From NCBI GenBank assembly GCA_012026655.1, contig JAAILG010000051.1, positions 1 through 64,000 on the forward strand: a stretch of DNA of 64,000 bases. Reading direction: 5' to 3'. Under the pieces are notes generated by a model. That model saw only the letters and a program-made list of their open reading frames with translations. It was not told where the DNA came from and ran no database searches. Position numbers and translations under genes: made by a program. Below are positions 63,445 to 64,000 of this stretch, piece by piece. Origin of the DNA: Hydrolagus affinis (taxonomy: Eukaryota). Position 1 is the first letter of the stretch. Each line of letters begins with the position of its first letter.

Positions 63445-64000
63445 ATATCCTGAACATTTGTGACCAGAGCTCCCTCTGCCTCCTTGTCCTCCTCGACCTA
63501 TCCGCCGTCTTCGATACTGTGGACCATTTGGTCTTCTTCCACAGCCTCTCCTCCCACCTCAACCTTCAAGGTACTGTCCTTGACTGGCTCAGGTCTTATC
63601 TTTCACACCGTCTCCACTTTGTGTCTGCTAACGGCTTTTCCTCCAGCCCTTGCTCCGTCTCGTGCGGCATTCCTCAAGGCTCTGTCCTTGGTCCCCTACT
63701 CTTTACCCTCTCTATGCTCCCCCTCGGTGACATCATCCACAGACATGGGTAAATTTCCACATGTACACGGATGACACACAATGCTATCACTCCGCTTCCA
63801 CCCTCAACTCCAGGACTACTGGCTTCCTGACAGCCTGCCTGCCAGACATTGTGTCCTGGACGAGGGACAACTTTCTTCAGCTCAACATCAGCAAGACCGA
63901 GGACGTCCTGATTAGCTCACGTCAGTACCTCCGCACCTTAGGCACTGGCTGCCTCAGCATCCAAGGCTGCACTCTCCATCTCTCAGTCAGTCAGGAACCT
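63445..64000 (+). mobile_element. L2 LINE reverse-transcriptase region, frameshifted, runs off the window edge
   Basis: LVLLDLSAVFDTVDH...WLRSYLS...GIPQGSVLGPLLF...FHMYTDDTQ...NFLQLNISKTE. Confidence 0.93.

Noticed and set aside
574-63774. Most 60-160 aa ORFs in the supplied track
   Set aside because: Low-complexity or AT-rich chance ORFs, alternative frames of L2/CR1/SINE remnants, or exon read-throughs; many lack a true ATG.
54226-64000. Next PCDH15 exon (PPPVSE...GNEE)
   Set aside because: Not found by eye; probably beyond the window, although a diverged exon could have been missed.

Overview
AT-rich vertebrate genomic DNA. Its repeat content (shark-type CR1 tails, L2, Deu-type SINEs, a Penelope-derived hairpin) points to a cartilaginous fish, possibly a holocephalan; the taxon is an inference. 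The whole window lies inside one + strand gene, protocadherin-15 (PCDH15, the hair-cell tip-link cadherin). I traced 15 coding exons by hand between 2244 and 54225. All have AG/GT boundaries, splice in frame without stops (2246 nt in total) and encode cadherin repeats EC3 to the start of EC10. They correspond to human exons ~9-23, numbered from my recall of the human gene. A 21-nt microexon at 8116-8136 (VASGATP), absent from the ORF track, looks like the counterpart of mammalian alternative exon 12a (VPPSGVP). The introns contain decayed CR1 and L2 LINEs, at least three tRNA-SINE families, two TA-flanked Tigger/pogo-like MITEs, a 146-nt near-perfect hairpin and several smaller structured repeats. 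Most ORFs in the supplied track are spurious or repeat-derived. I found no convincing new biological system. The best leads concern tip-link splicing and mechanics, and SINE/LINE evolution. Repeat boundaries are approximate, and family names come from recalled consensus sequences, not database searches.
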